A stretch of 64,000 bases of DNA from Lama glama (lineage: Eukaryota). Location of the stretch: positions 60,886,001-60,950,000 of the forward strand of contig CM052816.1 in NCBI GenBank assembly GCA_028534125.1, read 5' to 3'. A model generated the notes under the pieces. It saw only the letters and a program-made list of their open reading frames with translations. It did not search any database and was not told the origin of the DNA. Shown one piece after another: positions 1-13,477 of this stretch (position 1 is the first letter of the stretch; each line of letters begins with the position of its first letter). A program made the translations under genes and the position numbers.

Positions 1-752
1 GTATTATAAGTTTCCTTACCCTTTGCTTGTTTACTTTCTCCACAACTTGCTTGTTGTGGAGTCTGTCTCACAGTGTGTGGGACCCCACGTGGAGGAAGCA
101 GAAATGAGGTTGGGTTGGGAACTTTAGAGGGAACTTTAGAGGGAACTTGAGCCATTGACCAAGACTGGTTGCACAAACACACTGAGTGAGCGGAGACTCT
201 CAGCACTTTATACTGGAGATCAGTTTCTAACAATCCACCAGGTAACAATTATAAAGCTCTGTCTCCATGGAAAACTTGGACACCTGCACATACATTTTCA
301 GTTAGCTGTCATTTTATATTCTTTCCAAAGTGAAGAAGAAATAAAACGATAAAAGGAGTCAGAAAAAATAAGGATAGCCAAAACCATAAAGGTTAAGAAT
401 TTGCATTCCTGATGCATTTGGAAATACCACCATCTTTAAAACTTGTATAAATTTTTCATTTAATCCAAAATTAACCTCCACATTGAGGTCTTCCAAGCAG
501 GAATGCTTTAATTTAAATGATCACCCTCATAGTAGGACAGACAACTTATCCCCTCCCGCCCGATCCCCACGCTGGGTCTGAAACTTGCTAATTAAAGAAC
601 TCATTTTTCAAACATTTTCTCGGCCACTGTTTATCAAGCTCCCTTTGGAAACTGGCAGCAGACTGGAGCTGCCTGGGACATGAAAAGTTCAGAAATAGCT
701 TTCCAATTTCAAAATGCTTCTGGCTTAATTTCAAAGCACCGTCCCTATACTT

Positions 753-1124
753 ATCATGGTTAATTTTATGTGACTTGGCTACGCCAGTGTCCAGATATTT
801 GGTCAAATATTATTCTGCTTCTATGAGGGTGTTTTGGGGGGATGATTTTAACATTTAAAGGGGTAGACTTTGAGTAAAACAGACTGCCCTTCCTCATGTG
901 AGTGGGCCTCATCTGATCAGCTGAAGTCCTGAATAGAACAAAAAGACTGACTTCTCCCGAACAAGAAGGAATTCTGCCAGCAGACGACCTTTGGACTTCA
1001 CCTGCCACATAACCCTTTCCTCCTGGTCACCAGCCCATTGGCCAGCTCCGCAGATTTTGGACTTGCCAACCTCCTCAATTGTGTGATCATCTTATTGGTT
1101 CTGTTTCTCTAGAGCATTAACACA
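753..1124 (+). mobile_element. MLT2-type solo LTR (ERVL)
   Basis: MLT2-like text: ATGGTTAATTTTATGTGACTTGGCT...GATATTTGGTCAAA...GTGGGCCTCATCTGATCAGCTGAAGTCCTGAATAGAACAAAAAGACTGAC...TATTGGTTCTGTTTCTCTAGAG. Recognised by eye; ends approximate. Confidence 0.85.
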
Positions 1125-1394
1125 ACACTCAAGGCAATTCTTGAAGCATCAAATGCTGCAGGTCTAATTAAAGGTAACAGAAAGCGCAGGAGTAAAGGTC
1201 AGCAGGTAGGAGAAGAGAGAGTTTTTGGAGATTAAAGATCAGAGTTCAGCTTCAGATAAAAGAGAGAATTGAAATCGGCCAAGAAAAGGAGGAAAGGCAT
1301 AGGGAAAGGAAAAAAAGCACTCACAAGATTAACAATGGCTTCTAGATACTGAGCCCTGCCTCTGTACCAGGCTCTGTTAAGCTTTATAAAACTC

Positions 1395-1745
1395 CATGAA
1401 TGGCCAAAATCCAAAACAATGACAACACCAAATGATGGCAAGGACACGGAGCGACGAAAACTCTCAGTCATTGGTGGTAGCAATACAAAATGGTACAGCC
1501 GCCTAGAAGACAGTTTGGCAGTTTCTTATAGAGCTCATCCTGGGCTTACCATATTTTCCAGCCATCCTGCTCCTGGGTATTTAACCAAATGAGTTGAAAA
1601 CATGTTCACACAAAAACTTGCACTTTGTTCATAAGTGTCAAAGATTGGAAGCAATCAAGATGTCATTCAGTATACAAATGGATAAGCCAACTGGCATAGT
1701 CTTATGATGGAATGTTATTCAGATAAGAAGAAATGAGCTATCATT
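1395..1745 (+). mobile_element. Old L1M (L1MC/MD-like) 3' fragment
   Basis: GAATGGCCAAAATCCAAAACAATGACAACACCAAATG...AAATGGTACAGCC...GACAGTTTGGCAGTTTCTTA, typical of the L1 ORF2 end / 3' UTR. Confidence 0.8.
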
Positions 1746-2544
1746 CCTGTGCCTGGTGAAGAGCTGCTGGGGTGCCCCTCACCGACAGGGGCCACTCAAC
1801 ACACTTTTGGCTGGTCCTCTAAGCTCCTCCCCAACCTGCAAACGCAGACTTGAAACGATCCGGAGACGCATCTCAGCACTTGCATACACTCCAGCAAGAG
1901 ACCGGCTCCTGCCTTGACTCTCGCATGATTCACCCGTCGCCTAATTCTGATGTCCATCCAGGCATTAAATGGATTTTAGGTCTTTTAACCTAAAACCTTC
2001 TGCTACCTCAGTCATTATACCTAGAAATGAAGCGCAAAGTGGGGCTTACTGAGTATTTGTCGTGAACAGGGTCGGCTCCCGTCTGAATGCCTGTGGGGCG
2101 GCGGCGATGAGGAGGCTCTGCAGGACAGGGGCCGCCGTGCCCTTGACCTTCCGCTGGGCTTCACCACCCGAGACCCCCGGCCTTTCCCGGGGTGACAAAA
2201 GCTGGAGGCGGGGCTCACTCCACAGCGTGGGCTTTTTAGCAGTGACTGCTCGCTGCCCTCCCCTCTGGACAGTGACGGGTTTGAACTGACTGCCTGGGCG
2301 CTGGGAGACAAGAAAGACAAAGAGGTGCAGGGACGGTTTTCACTGCTGGAGGGAACTGGGACGCCAGCCGTGGGCGGGGAGGCCCTGCGGTTCATTCTGA
2401 CCCAACTGTCAAACTCTCAGGAATTTCAGTCCACCTTCTTATAAAATGGAGATTTTCTACCCAACAAAAACAAAACAAAACAGGCCTAATGCAAAGGCAT
2501 GAATCATTTTCCATCCAAAGAGTTCAAAGGAGATGCGTGTTTTC

Positions 2545-2735
2545 ACTGACCACTATCATCAGCATCTGGGGTTGTTACGGACACTTGTGTGTGTTTTACC
2601 TCCTTTAATCTTCACAACAGCCCTACAAGGCAGACAATAGGTGTGAAGCAGAAAACAGCACTCGAGTTAAGTAACTAACTCATTCAGGGCCCACGGGGAG
2701 GGAGGCCTGGATATACCCCCAGCCTGCGTGAGTGT
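2545..2735 (-). mobile_element. MIR SINE fragment
   Basis: TTTAATCTTCACAACAGCCCTACAAGGCAG...GTTAAGTAACT, MIR core-like. Confidence 0.6.
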
Positions 2736-2799
2736 CGCTCCTCAAGCAGCCCTGGCAAGGAGCCAGAGTTTGAGACCTTGAAATAGGAGCCTCCTAGAA

Positions 2800-2919
2800 A
2801 TATGTGTGTGTATTCATACACATATACATACATACGTATATAGTATATGTACACATATACAAGTATATATACATATATAAACACACATATGCATATATGT
2901 TCATATATAAACACATATA
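2800..2919. repeat. Compound (TA)/(CA) microsatellite
   Basis: Visible TATA/CACA run next to the MER2 element. Confidence 0.9.
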
Positions 2920-2921
2920 GG

Positions 2922-3223
2922 CAGTCAGCCCTCCACATCCCGTGGGTCCTGTATCCACAACCAACCTCAGATGGAAAATATTCAGGGGAGGGGGAGAATT
3001 TTGGAAAATTCCAAGAACAAAACTGGAAAGCAACTATTTACACAGCATTTACATTCTATTAGGTATTGTAAATAATCCACAGATGATTCAGAGCTTATAG
3101 GAGGATGTGGGTAGGTTATATGCAAATGCTACGCAATTTTATGTAAGGGACTTGAGCATCCTTAGATTTTGGTATCTGTGGGGGTTCTTGAACCAATCTC
3201 CTGGGACTACTGAGGAATGACTA
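2922..3223 (-). mobile_element. MER2-family non-autonomous Tigger (Tc1/mariner) DNA transposon
   Basis: Imperfect terminal inverted repeats CAGTCAGCCCTC...GAGGAATGACTA in TA-rich flanks; internal GTAGGTTATATGCAAAT...AAGGGACTTGAGCATCC...GATTTTGGTATC. Confidence 0.85.
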
Positions 3224-3384
3224 TATACTTCTTTCTTTATGGGCAAATTAGAAGATTTATTGCGTGTTCTAAAGATTCCAATTGATCTTATTATAATGGA
3301 ATTGTCTGTCATTTTGTAATTTTTCCTTTAAAACTGTTTTGAGTTGTTCCCACACAATCAAAAAGATGTCGGGTCACCGACATC

Positions 3385-3565
3385 CATTCTTCCCAATCTT
3401 TTTTCACATTATCCACACATAGAAAATGATAATATTTGTATGGCCTGCTGAGGTTATCTGGGGGACATCTGGGCATATCTCTTTGGAACTTGGTGTGAAA
3501 ACATCATCATTTTATTTATTTTATATATAATCGTGATAAAAAATAAAATATAAAATATTGGGGAA
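3385..3565. mobile_element. hAT-Charlie-like DNA transposon fossil
   Basis: TTCCCAATCTTTT...CACACATAGAAAATGATAATATTTGTA...TTGGGGAA with short inverted ends; subfamily uncertain. Confidence 0.45.
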
Positions 3566-4052
3566 GATGTCAGCTATTGAACTCGAATAAAACCTCCCCC
3601 CAAGTCTTCTCACATTTTTGATGAGAATCTTGAGCTTACTTCTATGACAATAACAAGCATAACTTTCTTCTATCAGATTTTAAGGGTGAAATGGCTACAC
3701 ACAATTCCTGATCAAGAGGCTTTTGCACGGTGACCCTTCAGATTTGTGAGAGTCACATCAGTGAGAAATTCTGTTCACATAATTCTAATTTTATTTTATT
3801 TTTAACACATAATTCTAATTTTAAAACCATTTTATAACCATTGAAATTTTTACAACAGGGAAAACACTTTGAAAATCTAAGCACTCTTCTTTCTTTTCAC
3901 TGGCAATTATAACATTGAAATGTATTTAATGATGGCAACAGATTTTTTTACATCAAATATTTCAAAATAATGATAACACTCTAATTTGAAGGGCATGCAT
4001 GTCATCCTTCAGGCCCAATCAGCTGCAAATCAGACCAGGGAACCATCATCTG

Positions 4053-4551
4053 TGTGGTAGGCTCAACAACAGTCCTCCAAAGAGGTCTGTGCTGCGATCG
4101 CTGGAACCTGCGAACACGTTACTTCACACAGCAAGGGGAACCTTGCAAATGCAGTTAAATTAAGGGTCTCAAGATGGGTGGATGGTCCTGATGACCCATA
4201 TGGACTCAAGGGTCTTTCTAAGGAAAAGTAGGAGGCAGGAGAGTCAGAGTCAAAGACGTGACAACAGAAGCGGAGGGGAGAGTCAGAGAAAGATATGGAG
4301 ACACTATGTTGTTGGCCTCGAAGATGGAGGGAGGGGTCATGAGCCGAGGCCTCTAGAAGCTAGAGAAACTTAGGGAACAGATCCTCTCCTAGAGCTTCCA
4401 GAAGGAATCCAGCCTTGCCAACATCTTGATTTCTGGTCCAATGAATCCCATCTCAGACTTCTGACCTCTAGAATGTAAGAGAATAAATCTGTGTTTTTTG
4501 AAGCCGCTAAGTTTGTGGTAATGTGTTACAGCATCAGTGGAAAACTAACAC
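4053..4551 (+). mobile_element. MLT1C/D solo LTR (MaLR)
   Basis: TGTGGTAGGCT...TGGAACCTG...CTCTAGAAGCTAGAGAAA...CTTCTGACCTCTAGAATGTAAGAGAATAAAT...GGAAAACTAACACA; TG...CA ends and internal AATAAA. Confidence 0.9.
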
Positions 4552-5541
4552 ATATGCTTAGACTGATGGGGAGCCAGGACCTGGAGCTGGGCCCCCAAGG
4601 AACCCAGCCCAACTTCTGTATCTCCCCCACTTCCAACCACCCTCTTCTAGGGGACCAAACACACAGATTCTCCAACAGCTCCATGGGACCTTGTCCACAG
4701 AGGGTAGCAGCAGTGCGCCCTGCAGAAGTAGGTCTTAGGGGACAGAGCACCGTGACCTCACTCAGCACACCAACCAGGAACCAGGCATGCTTGATGCTGG
4801 ATGCTGCTCAGGATGGTTGCCACCCAAGGGGCTCACAGAGCAGCCATGAGACTTTGCTCCACTTGGACTGCCCTCCAAGAAGCCCCAGCTGAAGCTGCTC
4901 CAGAGCTCTGACTGCCGCAGGCCCTGCCCTGCCACCTTACAGCTGAGAGTAATAATGTCTTGTAGCACAACTGTACCCATTTGTGACGTCTCACTGTAAA
5001 GATGACAAACTATCGGGAATCTCTGACTTCTGGGGCAACTGTTACTGACTTTGGCAACACATCATGATTTTCCCACTTCCAACTTCTCAGCAGAACTTGA
5101 CCTAGACTTCCCGCAATCATCACGTGGCAGGTAACCAAGTTAGTGGTGCAATCTGCATTTGCACCAAGAATCTTGCCCCGTACAGAAGTACTCAATAGAA
5201 ATAGATCAGTGCCTTATATTTTCACTTTTCTGTCTTCTGTGTTTTCTGTTGGGGTGGGGTAGCCAGGGAAGACATTCTGAAGTTTCCAAGGGCAGCCCAC
5301 GCCTCACGCTCCCCAGCGCTGACACACAGAAGACACACACTGACACAGCTGGGCCACCTGTGTGCATCTGTATTGATTCATCAGGGCTCCATTTGACTGG
5401 CTAGTGCGTGCGCTGCCAGTTGTTAAGTTGTTTTAATATAACCCTTGCTGTACCATTTGCCTGAGTACTGGATGTATGACAACACCGGAGAACCCATTTT
5501 TCAAGGGCTCTGATATGAGTATTAAGAAAGGACAGATGAGA

Positions 5542-5685
5542 GGGGAGAGGATAGCTCCGTGGCAGAGTGCATGCTTAGCATGCACGAGGTCCTGGGTTCA
5601 ATCCCCAGTACCTCTGCTGAAAAAAGAAAAAAACACCTGATTACCTCTCCCTAAAAAACTAATAAATAAATTTTAGAAAAAAGAA
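5542..5685 (+). mobile_element. tRNA-Ala-derived camelid SINE (Vic-1 type)
   Basis: Head GGGGAGAGGATAGCTCCGTGGCAGAGTGCATGCTTAGCATGCACGAGGTCCTGGGTTCAATCCCCAGTACCTC, A-rich tail, imperfect TSD AAGAAAGGACAGATGA / AAGAAAGAAGAGATGA. Confidence 0.9.
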
Positions 5686-6565
5686 AGAAGAGATGACCAC
5701 AGAAACTTTGTTGTAGATTTGAATATATCTACAAGAATATATTGGATATACTGTATCATATTCTTAATTATCCACTAAAAAGGTGTTTAAACCTCATTAG
5801 ACCTGTTTCTCCTTCTGAGAACTGGCAACTTCTATACCCTAAAGCCAGTCCTTTGTGGTCCTTCCAAAACATCAAATTCAACCCTCTGTGAGCTCTTAGA
5901 GAATGCCTGCTTGGTGTGCCTTTTTCTTTCTCAAAAGGTAAGGAAGGAAACAGGAAAGCCTGTAGAATGGATTGTGGCCCCATCTACCTCCTTTCTCAGA
6001 TACATCATCCTCCTCACAGCACTTCTGTCTGAAGATTTTCAAAGCCCTTTTGAACAATCTGTGAAAGTTTATGTGTTAACAGCTGGGCTCAGATGTCAAA
6101 ACCCCTTACCTGTGGCAAGTGTGACACATCTGACGGGCAGCGTTGAGAGGGATGAGCAGGCGCACAGCCGCCACCCTCCCTGCTTTCGTTCAGCGCTGCA
6201 GTGGGTCCGGTCCCCACACTGAGTCTGAGGAACAGCAGACAATCTCACTCTTCCCTGCCACAGCAGCCGGAATTACGCCACACTTAAGATCCTCGAGTGC
6301 TCCTGTCTGGTGCCTGTTTTATTCTTGGGTCCCTTTCATCACCCGATGACAACAGAGCAACACACGAGGAGGGCACTGAATAGACAGCAAAGGAATAAAC
6401 CTCTCTGCGGCTTGTGCAGCTGGTGGATGCAGCATCCTGAGTCCAGTCCTAAAACTTTCTCTTTTCCGTGTGGCACAGGTACCTCTCCTCACCACCCCCA
6501 CCCTGTCATGGCATGCCACTGCCCACAGGAAGAGGCAGGCACTCCACGGAGAGGGAGAGGGTCAC

Positions 6566-7322
6566 TTTTTTTTTAATTAAGGTATAGTTGATTTACAATG
6601 TTGTCTTAGTTTCAACTGTACAGAAAAGTGATTCACTTATATATATGTATATGTGTGTGTATATATAGATATATATCCTTTTTCAGATTTTTTTCCTTAT
6701 AGGTTATTACAAGATATTGAGTATAGTTCCCTGCGCTATACAGTAGGTCCTTGTTGTTTATCTACTTTATATATAATAGTTTGTATCTGCTAATTTCAAA
6801 CTCCTTATTTATCCCGCCCCCAAACTCCCCCTTCGGTAACCGTAAGACTGTTTTCTATGTCTGTGAGTGTTTCTGTTTTGTAAATAAGTTCATTTGTATG
6901 ATTTTTTAGATTCCACATATAAGTGACATTATATGATATTTGTCTTTGACTTACTTCACTCAATATGATCATCTCAAGGTCCATCTATGTTGCTGCAAAC
7001 GGCATTATTTCATTCCTTTTTACGGCTGAGTAGTATTCCATTGTATATGTGTACCACATCTTCTTTATCCACACATCTGTCAATGGACATCTAGGTTGTT
7101 TCCATGTCTTGGCTACTGTAAATAGTGCAGCTATAAACATTGGGATCCCTGAATCTTTTCAAATTAGAATTTCTGCAGATGTACGTCCAGGAGTGGGATT
7201 GCTGGATCATACGGTAAGTCTATTTTTAGTTGTTTAAGGAAACTCTATACTGTTTTCCATAGAGGCTGCACCAATTTACATTCCCACCAACAGTGTAGGA
7301 GGATTCCCTTCTCTCCACACCA
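6566..7322 (-). mobile_element. 5'-truncated L1 3' end (artiodactyl/camelid type)
   Basis: Poly-T start, ATAGTTGATTTACAATGTTG...TTCCCACCAACAGTGTAGGAGG; TSD GGAGAGGGTCACTTT / GGAGAAGGTTACTTT. Confidence 0.92.
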
Positions 7323-9149
7323 GGAGAAGGTTACTTTGTACCTGAAAGTTGAGTAATGTACTGTAACTTTCTTGAGAAAGAAGACAACATTGGGCCCCAT
7401 AACTCAAAATGAAGAGACTGGTGTATAGAGTACACTACATTTTGTTAAAATATGTTTACTTTATCTTTTTCCTAAAGAGTAGTTAAGAGCTTAATGTCTT
7501 CCTAAGAAGTCACATAAGCAGATTACTAGAACGTCTACACCAATTAATTATGTTAACCTGCCTTCCTGGAGCCTGCTTCCTAACTTTTGAAAATAAGAAG
7601 ACATCAAAAAGTAAAGAAGTTTTTAGTTTGAAGGCTTCCCCTTCCTCTCATGGAAAGAAAGCACAAACGAAACACTAAGCAAATGCCATGTTAAAGAAAT
7701 GACATTTGCTTACCACAAGGGAAGATAAAAATCCTAGTCTTATATAGAACTAATGAGAAGATACATGGTATTAGCTTGAAGTCTAATTTAAAGTGGACAA
7801 AATGCAATCAGATGATAAATTACAGGTATGCACCGTTTTAAGAAAAAATTCATCCAACAAATGTTTTACTATGAGACTATGTGTATCACAATATCAGTTC
7901 TGCTGGTCACTCGATACAAGTGGCAATTTTTTAAAAACAAATTAGGGTGATGTTTTCTATCATTTTCTAAATGTGGGCTTGAAACACTAGCACATGCAAA
8001 TAATTTTATTTTTCCCTAGTTCCTGTGCCTTAAACTGAGCACTAGGACTAGGCTAATGGTAATGGCTGATCAATGGTCTGAAGAGAAAGGCAGCTTACCC
8101 AGGCAATTTATCTAAGCAAGTCATGGGCTGAGTCCTATAGAAATGCAACCCATTATTTTACAGGCATATCACATGTATTTTTCACTGAAAATAAAATTTT
8201 ATTACAAATGAAGCACTGACACCATATTCCAATTTATAGGCTATGATACACAATTTTGAAGCACAATTTAAAATAAATACAAACACCTATTTCAAATAGA
8301 TATACTGTTTGAATTCAAAATAAATGATGGAGTGGTCTATCATGGCAAGGAGTATTTTATCACTGATATTTTATTACTGATTTATCTCCAGTTCAGAATA
8401 TTGGCGTAAGTTCTAATAAAAAGCAGGCTGACTTTCAACCAGTTTATTATTGATCTTAAACTTCTCTTTGGCTTGTCTTTGGGGCAGACAGTTCCCTACC
8501 CTTGGCAGGTCACAGTCTTAGTTACTGCCTCAAGTCCTTTTTAGGATGAAGCAAGTATAAAAGAATGAGTTCTAACAGACCTAGAAACTAAACAAATCAG
8601 AAGATATACTTAGGAATTTCAGAATACCATTGCCTATAGGAAATCTTATTAAAACCATTCTAATAAATGTGCAGCTGTTATCGATCATTGCTTAATCTTC
8701 TTTCCATTGCTCTATTTTGCTTTAGGAAGATGTAGTTCATTCGCCTCTCAAACAAGATCGAACAGCCACCCTTTATTAGAATTTTGGCAGAACCCCACTG
8801 CAGCCTTCAACTGAACTTATTTTACACTTTGGGAGATTGCCCCAGCCCTGCCCCCAGCAGATTCTGTGAGTACAAACTCCTCTGTAATAGCTTTTAACCC
8901 CAACAAAAATAATAAGGACCTCTTGTTAAAATTTTAGACTTTATCAAAGATTACAAATTCAAATGTATAGGGCCAGGCAAGTAATAAATAAGTAAAACAA
9001 TGAGGGACTGGTGGAACCGTGTAAACTGGAGACTTGGAGAGGCTGTGCATTCAAAAAAGGTCTGCACCATGCCAGATCACAAGGATACTGTGGTGGTGGT
9101 GATGGTGTCTTGGAGTTTCTATTTTATTAAACTTCAGTTTTTGGAAAAT

Positions 9150-10520
9150 TTATTTACTTTTCTTTAAGATCTGTTTTAGGTAATTTTAATAATATTTCCA
9201 TGGATGCTGGAAAAAAGTATATAGATAGAGAGTAGATATAGATATCAGAGAAACCCTTATTAGTGATGCTGTTCAGATTCTCTTTCTACTTCTAACATGA
9301 TTTGCTTTGTATATTTTGAAGCAGTTATTTGGTTCATAAGGGTTCATAACGGTTATATAGTTTTGACAATAATTTAGTTTATCAACATAAAAGTTCCCAT
9401 AATCTTATTTAATTTGTTCCTGAAATTCTACCTTATCATATTTACATTGTGCCTTGGGGTTTTTTTTTCATTATTTAATATACCTACACTTAACCTTTTA
9501 TATTTAAACATTTGCTTCATTTTGTTTTAAGTTCTACTGCTTTTCAACAGCATGAAACTGGATTTTGTTTTTTTGGCTCAGTATGAGTCTCTACTTCTTT
9601 TAATGAGGATATTTTATTCCTTTTTATATTTATTATTTCAATTGATCTGGTTGTTCTCATTTTTATCACAGTATTCAATGCTTTCTTGATGCTAATTCGG
9701 TCTTATGACTTTTACTATGTGGATTCTTTTTGTTTGTCTTATGTTTGTTTAGTTGATTTTGATTTGTCATCTCCAGGGTTCTAGAAATTCGTTTGCTTTT
9801 TATTACATTAAATAACCTAATGCCTCTGTTTACAATACTTTAGCCTGTATTTCTCTGTCAGAACCAAGAGAATACTGTATTTTTTCATTTGCCCCTATTA
9901 GATAAGAAATTAAGCTCATTCTTTCTTCTCTTCTGTCCACTTCTAGGGTTTTTGTTCATATAATCTGGACTTTAAAATACAGATTACTGTCATTATCATA
10001 TTATATATTCTCTTTTAAAAGGATGGTGGGAAATTTGCATTCATCTTTTTTTCACTTCAATTCTGCTTTTGCTGCCTTCAATGTAATTGTTAATTCCACA
10101 ATTGCCTTCTTGCTGTGAGCAATCCTCTCTCAATTCATCTAACTCCCTTTTAGGTAAAAAGGAGTATCCAACTGCCGTTTCAGTTCAGCTCTTTTTTACT
10201 TTTGGCTTTCTCTCCTGATTCATAGAGGTCAAGTCTTCTTGAATGTCAAGAAGTCTTCTAAAATTTTCTTCTGGGTTCTGTGGGAGATGATTTTTAAGGG
10301 TGTGATTTTCCTCTGAGTTGCCCACATCCTTTCCTTTTCTTTGCCCTGCACAATTTTTTCATGTCTCCCATGTTATTGTTTTCTCTTCCCTGAATGAAGC
10401 ATCCACCCAGCTTCAGAGTTGGTCAACACAGTGTGATATGCCAGTCTCCCCAGGGTAATTAACGCTCAGTTCTGTGAGTTTTCGTACAATGATCTTTGAT
10501 TTGCTGCTGAGCTATCTATT
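9150..10520 (-). mobile_element. Highly decayed ancient L1M
   Basis: Long T-rich tract with old antisense L1 ORF2/ORF1-like phrases; boundaries uncertain. Confidence 0.55.
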
Positions 10521-13339
10521 TCCTACCTCTTTCTTGTTCTCTCCACCTGAACCAACGGAGTACATGACAGACTAGAATTTCCAGCGTGCACTGCTCCCAA
10601 ACGAGTGCTTTATTTGCAAAACTACGTCTCCCAAAATGTTGCACACATGTGTGCCTACACAACACACACGCGTGTGCGCGCCTGCACACACACACACCTT
10701 GTGCCCAGATGACTTCTGAGATTTTGTCTCTGCCTAGACAGAGGAAGTTGATAAAGGAGGCACCTGGAAAAAGGATGCACTCTTCTAGCCTCAAAGAGGA
10801 TGATCCAAAAAGTGTAGCTGATCATTTTCAAGTTATATAGGACCTAAGTTCTTGCATTTAGAGGACAAGTCGTGGTGGGATATGATGTATCCCTTGACCT
10901 TTTTCTCAGGCAGTCTGTTCTGGAAACAAATCTAAAGCTTGAGTAGCTTTCCTAGTCCAACTCCATCTGCCTTATTATTATTGTCAGTCCTTCCAAGATT
11001 CTGTCATTGGATTGTCTAGTTTTAGGTGGTGATATGAATGGTCATCTTATACTGAATCTTTGTGGATATTTTCATAAAAAATAAACCAGAATTCTCTTTA
11101 ACTATTTATACACCTTTCCCCCAACCTCTGCCCCTGTACAAACACACATACATGCATGAACATGTGCACACACCACCACACTGCCAGGCTGTTTTAAGAT
11201 TCCCTTCCATCTAATTTTGATGTCAATGATGCAAAACATCCCTGGAAATCACTCAGAGAAGCTCCTGCCAAAAAAAAAAAAAATTCTGGAAGTCACTGAA
11301 AGAGGTTTCTGCCATCAGATGCTTAGATTTACTCCTATATCACAGTGACCATCCATACATTGGGAAGTTCACAGGGTGAGGCCTAACTTTTGAACTGAGT
11401 CTACAGAGCAAGGAAATACAACTGCTTAAGCTTGTCTCCTATGTACCACTCTGCCCCCTCCCTCCACACAGGAAATGGATGCTGGCAGATGGTCCCACAG
11501 GCCAAATCATGGTCTTGGTGTATTAAAAACTCATCCTTGCTCCCCTCGTGAGGATAGTAGGCTACCATCAGGTGCTGTGTGTTCCAGGACATAACACCAT
11601 ATGGTTTCCACAATAGCCAGAGGCTTAGTAAATGTTGCTAAAAAGCGGACAGTTGAAGGGCTGCCTCTGCTTGCTGCAGAGGCCTTTGTCTTGCCAGAAA
11701 TCACTGCCTGCCCTGGAGAGCCCACAGAAGGATGGTAAATCCAGTGAAGAGAGCAATCGCAGCATCTGCCCTACTCATTGCTGAGGAGCCATTGGAGTCA
11801 AACCCCTCCCACCTAAGCCATCGGCCACATAGGTCCACGTGGACTCTGTGCAAAGATTAGGGGAGAAGCAATAGGAAAAATCCAGTTGGAAGCCCCAGAG
11901 ACAACCTAACCTCGTCGTCCTCCTGGGAACCCACCGAAGGTCTCATGAGCCCTTCACTCAGAGGTGCGGTCCCTGCAGCTCCTCTCTGGACCTCAGGTCT
12001 CCTGCCTCCCTGCCCCTCAGTTACTGTGTGGCTTGGCCCAGCTTCCAATGGCCTCTGTCAGAGACTTGGTTAATTTTGTTATCCTTCTTTCCCTTCTTTT
12101 CCAATCTCTCCTTCCTTCCTTTCTTCTTCTCCTTTATTCTGTTTAATTTGAAGGGGGGCACTGGGGAAGGGAAAGAGATGTCAAGCTGTTTGGCCAACTG
12201 AGCAATCTGAGCTACTGCAGATCTCTAAATACTGCTAATAAAAGAGAATTCGAAGAATGACAGCCTCCGTTATGACAGGTATGATTAGACTGCCTGGCAT
12301 GATTCATCTTTATTTTATTGGAGGCTGAGGGAAAAAAAAGATTAAACCATCATATTTATCACTATTTGAAAAAAAATTGTTTAAAGCCTTTCCCTGCATA
12401 CTGAAGACTGCACCTCTGCTCGGAGAGAAATTTAAAATCCACTCACGGTTGTCGGCAATGAATGAGCTGGCCACGATCAGAGCATTTGGGAAGGAGTTGA
12501 TATTTGTGTCTGAACAGATGATCATTTACATCAATGTGGACAATGAGCTAGAAATTTCTACCACCTGTCGAAACAGCTACAATGAAACGTAGAGCCGGGA
12601 TAAAAGATCCTTCTTAGGATGGCAGCCCACAGCAGGGCTCAGAGCAGCTGACACAGTGAGCAGTCAGGGCCAGGTGTCAGAAGGGAGGGGACGTGAGCAG
12701 TGCCGTGGAAGCACTGTCTTCTTCCAGCTTCGTTCAGACGCGGGCTGGTGCCTGCAGGCTTTAGGAGAGAGCGCTCAGGGCATGGGGGCTCTTGCTGCTG
12801 TGTCCAGCGCCCTACAGCTTCGCAGTCAGTTATGGGGGGTGTTGCAATTCTCCCTTCCCACATGCTTTCTCAAATGGGGGAGAAGGTGGCAGCAGAGCTG
12901 ATACTCCAGGAATTTCAGAAATCCGGAGTTCTCCCACAGGAGGGTGCCCCCATTCCACTATGAGTTAGGGAGGAGGAATGACTTGCTAATTTGGAAGTTC
13001 TCACTATCCTTTCCTCCCTTGCCCCCACCCCATTCCCCCAAAATACATGACCTATACCCCCCCACACTTCCTCTCTCTCTCCCTCTGCCTCCCCTCCCTC
13101 TTTCACTTTATCCTCGGGTATATATGATATCAGAAAACTCAGAGTGGGATAAATTTTACATGAAAGGAATTAGAGCACGTAGAATTTAGAGATCATTTTG
13201 GTTTCGGTTGGTTGGTCAGATGTTTAACTTAATCTGATTTTATTAGCAATTTATTTCTAATTTATTCGCCATCCAAGGAATACAACTTTAAGAAGACATA
13301 ACAACTGTACATAAACAACTCCATAAAAATGGAAACTAA

Positions 13340-13477
13340 GCCTTGCTTCCTTAGTGCAGCAGAAAAATCCTTGTACTGGAAGCCAAAAAGCCTAGTTTCT
13401 ACCCCTGATTCAGCAGCTACTTCGTTACCTGATCCTGGATGAGCTATTTTGACATCTAAGCCATTACGTTTCTCATC
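13340..13477 (+). mobile_element. MIR SINE fragment
   Basis: TAGTGCAGCAGAAAAA...CTGGAAGCCAAAAAGCCTAGTTTC...TTTCTCATC. Confidence 0.65.

Noticed and set aside
117..147. 13-bp unit GGGAACTTTAGAG repeated about 2.5 times
   Set aside because: Short slippage duplication with no sign of function.
5542..5615. tRNA-Ala(AGC) gene (also at 14680-14754, 33565, 40160, 57591, 63580)
   Set aside because: Each copy has stem mismatches, a SINE body and A tail, and most have TSDs; these are tRNA-derived SINEs.
10640..10700. Alternating purine-pyrimidine tract with CACGCGTG palindrome (Z-DNA or hairpin)
   Set aside because: Typical decayed (CA)/(TG) microsatellite with no supporting context.
11340..11860. 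Possible further coding exon (minus ORFs 11401-11613 and 11531-11725)
   Set aside because: No convincing splice-site pair; the text looks more like an old LTR fragment that I cannot assign.
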